Shown one piece after another: positions 29,672-32,000 of a stretch of DNA of 32,000 nt. Position numbers and translations under genes: made by a program. Positions within the stretch are counted from its first letter, which is position 1. Each line of letters opens with the position of its first letter. The notes beneath the pieces were generated by a model. The model was not told where the DNA came from, ran no database searches, and was given only the letters and a program-made list of their open reading frames with translations. The DNA comes from Fibrobacter succinogenes subsp. succinogenes S85. GTDB taxonomy: Bacteria > Fibrobacterota > Fibrobacteria > Fibrobacterales > Fibrobacteraceae. The stretch is from assembly GCF_000146505.1 (NCBI RefSeq), contig NC_017448.1:2010001-2042000 (forward strand), in the 5' to 3' direction.

Positions 29672-32000
29672 TTACTTCACTAAATCCAGCAATCGCTCGT
29701 AGGAATCCACCACGTCGTAGGTGACGGAGTCGCTGGAGATGGCGGCGAAATGTTTGCGGGCGCACTTGATTTTGGCGGATTCGATTTCGCGAAGTTCCAT
29801 AGTGCTCATAGAGCCCTTGGTTTCAGCAACAAAATACACGTGCTTTACTTCGCCCTCATGAAAGGCAATTGCCCAGTCGGGATTATACTTGCCAACGGGC
29901 GTATTGATAAAAAATCCCTTGGGCAGCTTGATATAGAGCGAAACTTCCTTGCTTGTTTCCAGTTTCTGCGCAAAGTCGCGTTCGTTACTGGAATCGTAAA
30001 TCAGGTGGTCGTATAAATGCTGGTGCGTTTCGCAAGCATTCATGCCGAGGCGTCCCTTCATCGTGTTATCTGTAAAGATGCTCGTCTCGTAACTGGATTC
30101 CAGTTTGTTATACGTGATATGTTCAATGATGACGGTCGCCTTCTGCTCGTTTATTAGGCGGCTTGCCTTGATGATAAACTCCTCGGGGTTTTCCTGGAAC
30201 TGCTCAAAGACGGGCTTCTGGATTTTGCTCAGAATTTCGCCAACGGTCTTGCGGGTAAGTCCCGTATCTTCAACAATCTTTCCAATCAAGTCGTACTTGA
30301 CGCTGGAATTTGCGGTGGCGACGGCAGCCCTAGACTCCGTAGTTTCCATCTTAAAGGCATTGCCCGCTTCCAGTTGTTCCTTGGACTTGATTTTGTCCAG
30401 GGAACCCTGCGACACCCTGAAGAAAATCTTCGTCACGCGCAAGTTCGCATTCAGCGCGTCAACTGACTTACAGACAAGTTCATCCGTCTCAAAATCCACC
30501 ACGTAAGCAGACTTCGCATTAATCTTCTGCCAAAGTTCCTTGAATTCCTTAGAATTGTACTTGCTCTTGTTCAGGCGCAGTTCCACATTGTTCTTGCGGG
30601 CATCTTCGGGCTTAATCGCATCGGCATCGTAAAGCGTATCAAGTACATTGCAGATACTTGCGCAATAAGGAGCGACTTCTTCGCAAAGAGTCAGCGCACC
30701 GGCAGCCTTGTCCGTGCGATACTTATCCGTCAATGCCCCCTTCTTCACATAGCCGCATTCTAGCAACGCGTCGTAAACCGTCTGCGCAAAGTCATCCGTT
30801 ACAAACAACTTTTCGCCGGCTTCCGACGTAAACGACTTTCCCTTGAACAGGTCAATCGTCACCTTGATCGGGCGACTGCCAATCGTTTCCGCCATTTCGG
30901 TTTGCAACGCCTTCGCAAAATCCTCGTAACTTTCGTTAGCGACAACCGTCAACACATTCACCGAATGCACGTCACCGCCCAAGACGCTCTCGTCCATGCG
31001 TTCGCCATTCTGGTTCACGCATAAACGCAACCCGCGGCCCACTTCTTGTCGCTTGCGGACTTCCGAAGCGCTGCTCTTGAGCGTGCAAATCTGGAACACG
31101 TTCTGGTTATCCCAACCTTCCTTCAATGCGGAATGGCTGAATATAAACCGCACCGGTTCTTCGCGCGAAAGCAAGCGTTCCTTGTCTTTCATGATCAAGT
31201 CATATGCGTCGATATCGTCGGAATCCGATGACCCGCGGGCGACCTTGCTATCTACAAAGCGACCGCCGCCCTTCTTGCTCTTGTCGATGGAGAAATACCC
31301 CGCATGCGCCTTGTGGGCATCCGTCTTTTCCAGAAATTCAAAATACTCCGGGCTCTCCAGCAAATCCTGCTGCATCGACTTGCGGATGGAATCGTATTCT
31401 TCTTCGAACATTCTGGCGTAAATGCCCATCTCGTCCGGAGCGTCGTAATCGCGATACTTTTTGACCTCGTCAATGAAGAACAGCGAAAGCACCTTGATGC
31501 CCTTGCCGAAAAGCGCCCGCTCGCGTTTGAAATGCGAAATAATCGTTTCGCGAATCTGAATGCGGCGCAACTGTTCTTCGTTCACCACGCCCACGCAGTC
31601 GCCGGCAAAAATCTTCTTGCCGTTCGTGAAAGTCACAGAAGAATCATTGCCGTTCACGTCGGTAATGGTATAGCCGTCCTTGTATTCTTCGAGACCGCCC
31701 GACTGTTCGTAAAGATTAAAACCCTTCGTGACGTGGGCCTTTTTCTTGAGCAGGCCGCCCTTGCCCTTGCAATCAAATTCAAGAGTCGCGACAGGAGCCT
31801 TGTCCGTAAACACCTGAACGCCTTCCAAGTACAAATAACCCTCGGTCGCCGTAGAACCGCTCACCGTAATGCCCTTGACGCTAATCTTCTTGACCAGGTG
31901 CTTGTTGTAGGCATCCATCGCATCGAGGCGGTAAACCATGTTGTAGATGGCGTCCTTGCGGTGCGTCGCCGAATAGCGTAAAGTCAACAGCGGCTGGAAT
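29672..32000 (-). CDS. res: type III restriction-modification endonuclease subunit Res (helicase plus PD-(D/E)xK nuclease), C-terminal 776 codons; N-terminus beyond the window
   Basis: The frame stays open to position 32000; the track start at 31987 is only a TTG. Helicase motif VI-like QEVGRGLRL follows VRFIFSHSALKEGWDNQNV. The C-terminal nuclease motif is YNPDWAIAF...VYFVAETKG. Confidence 0.85.
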   Translation of the reverse strand, partial: FQPLLTLRYSATHRKDAIYNMVYRLDAMDAYNKHLVKKISVKGITVSGSTATEGYLYLEGVQVFTDKAPVATLEFDCKGKGGLLKKKAHVTKGFNLYEQSGGLEEYKDGYTITDVNGNDSSVTFTNGKKIFAGDCVGVVNEEQLRRIQIRETIISHFKRERALFGKGIKVLSLFFIDEVKKYRDYDAPDEMGIYARMFEEEYDSIRKSMQQDLLESPEYFEFLEKTDAHKAHAGYFSIDKSKKGGGRFVDSKVARGSSDSDDIDAYDLIMKDKERLLSREEPVRFIFSHSALKEGWDNQNVFQICTLKSSASEVRKRQEVGRGLRLCVNQNGERMDESVLGGDVHSVNVLTVVANESYEDFAKALQTEMAETIGSRPIKVTIDLFKGKSFTSEAGEKLFVTDDFAQTVYDALLECGYVKKGALTDKYRTDKAAGALTLCEEVAPYCASICNVLDTLYDADAIKPEDARKNNVELRLNKSKYNSKEFKELWQKINAKSAYVVDFETDELVCKSVDALNANLRVTKIFFRVSQGSLDKIKSKEQLEAGNAFKMETTESRAAVATANSSVKYDLIGKIVEDTGLTRKTVGEILSKIQKPVFEQFQENPEEFIIKASRLINEQKATVIIEHITYNKLESSYETSIFTDNTMKGRLGMNACETHQHLYDHLIYDSSNERDFAQKLETSKEVSLYIKLPKGFFINTPVGKYNPDWAIAFHEGEVKHVYFVAETKGSMSTMELREIESAKIKCARKHFAAISSDSVTYDVVDSYERLLDLVK

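Overview
From about 3.5 to 18.1 kb the minus strand carries the conserved translation/transcription supercluster: tRNA-Thr(UGU), tRNA-Tyr(GUA), tRNA-Thr(GGU), tuf, rpmG, tRNA-Trp, secE, nusG, rplK, rplA, rplJ, rplL, rpoB, rpoC, rpsL, rpsG. It ends at a terminator with no fusA. rpmG, the four tRNAs and a left-edge lipoprotein fragment are absent from the ORF track and were found by hand translation or folding.

Left flank: a partial lipoprotein gene, a regulator with two GntR-type winged-HTH domains plus a LacI-like sugar-binding core, a divergent secreted GH26 glycoside hydrolase, and a 5'-truncated GH26 paralog.

Right flank, plus strand: a YbgC-type thioesterase and rarA. Next come four genes of unknown function: a polytopic membrane protein broken by an A8 frameshift, a TIGR02147-like HTH protein, a FISUMP-domain lipoprotein whose start overlaps the HTH gene's stop, and an intact paralog of the membrane protein. 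ahcY follows. On the minus strand lie a small Gly-rich ORF, a RhuM-family gene and the C-terminal 776 codons of a type III restriction Res subunit, which runs off the right edge.

The FISUMP/TIGR02147 pair, the GH26 with a basic C-terminal tail and the GTCATCC-type intergenic repeats suggest Fibrobacter or a related Fibrobacterota genome. This is inference only.

Best candidates for undescribed biology are the 20.2-26.5 kb four-gene cluster with its homopolymer on/off site, and the edge of the restriction/RhuM island. No CRISPR array, transposase, integrase or rRNA was seen. All family assignments rest on remembered motifs, not searches.
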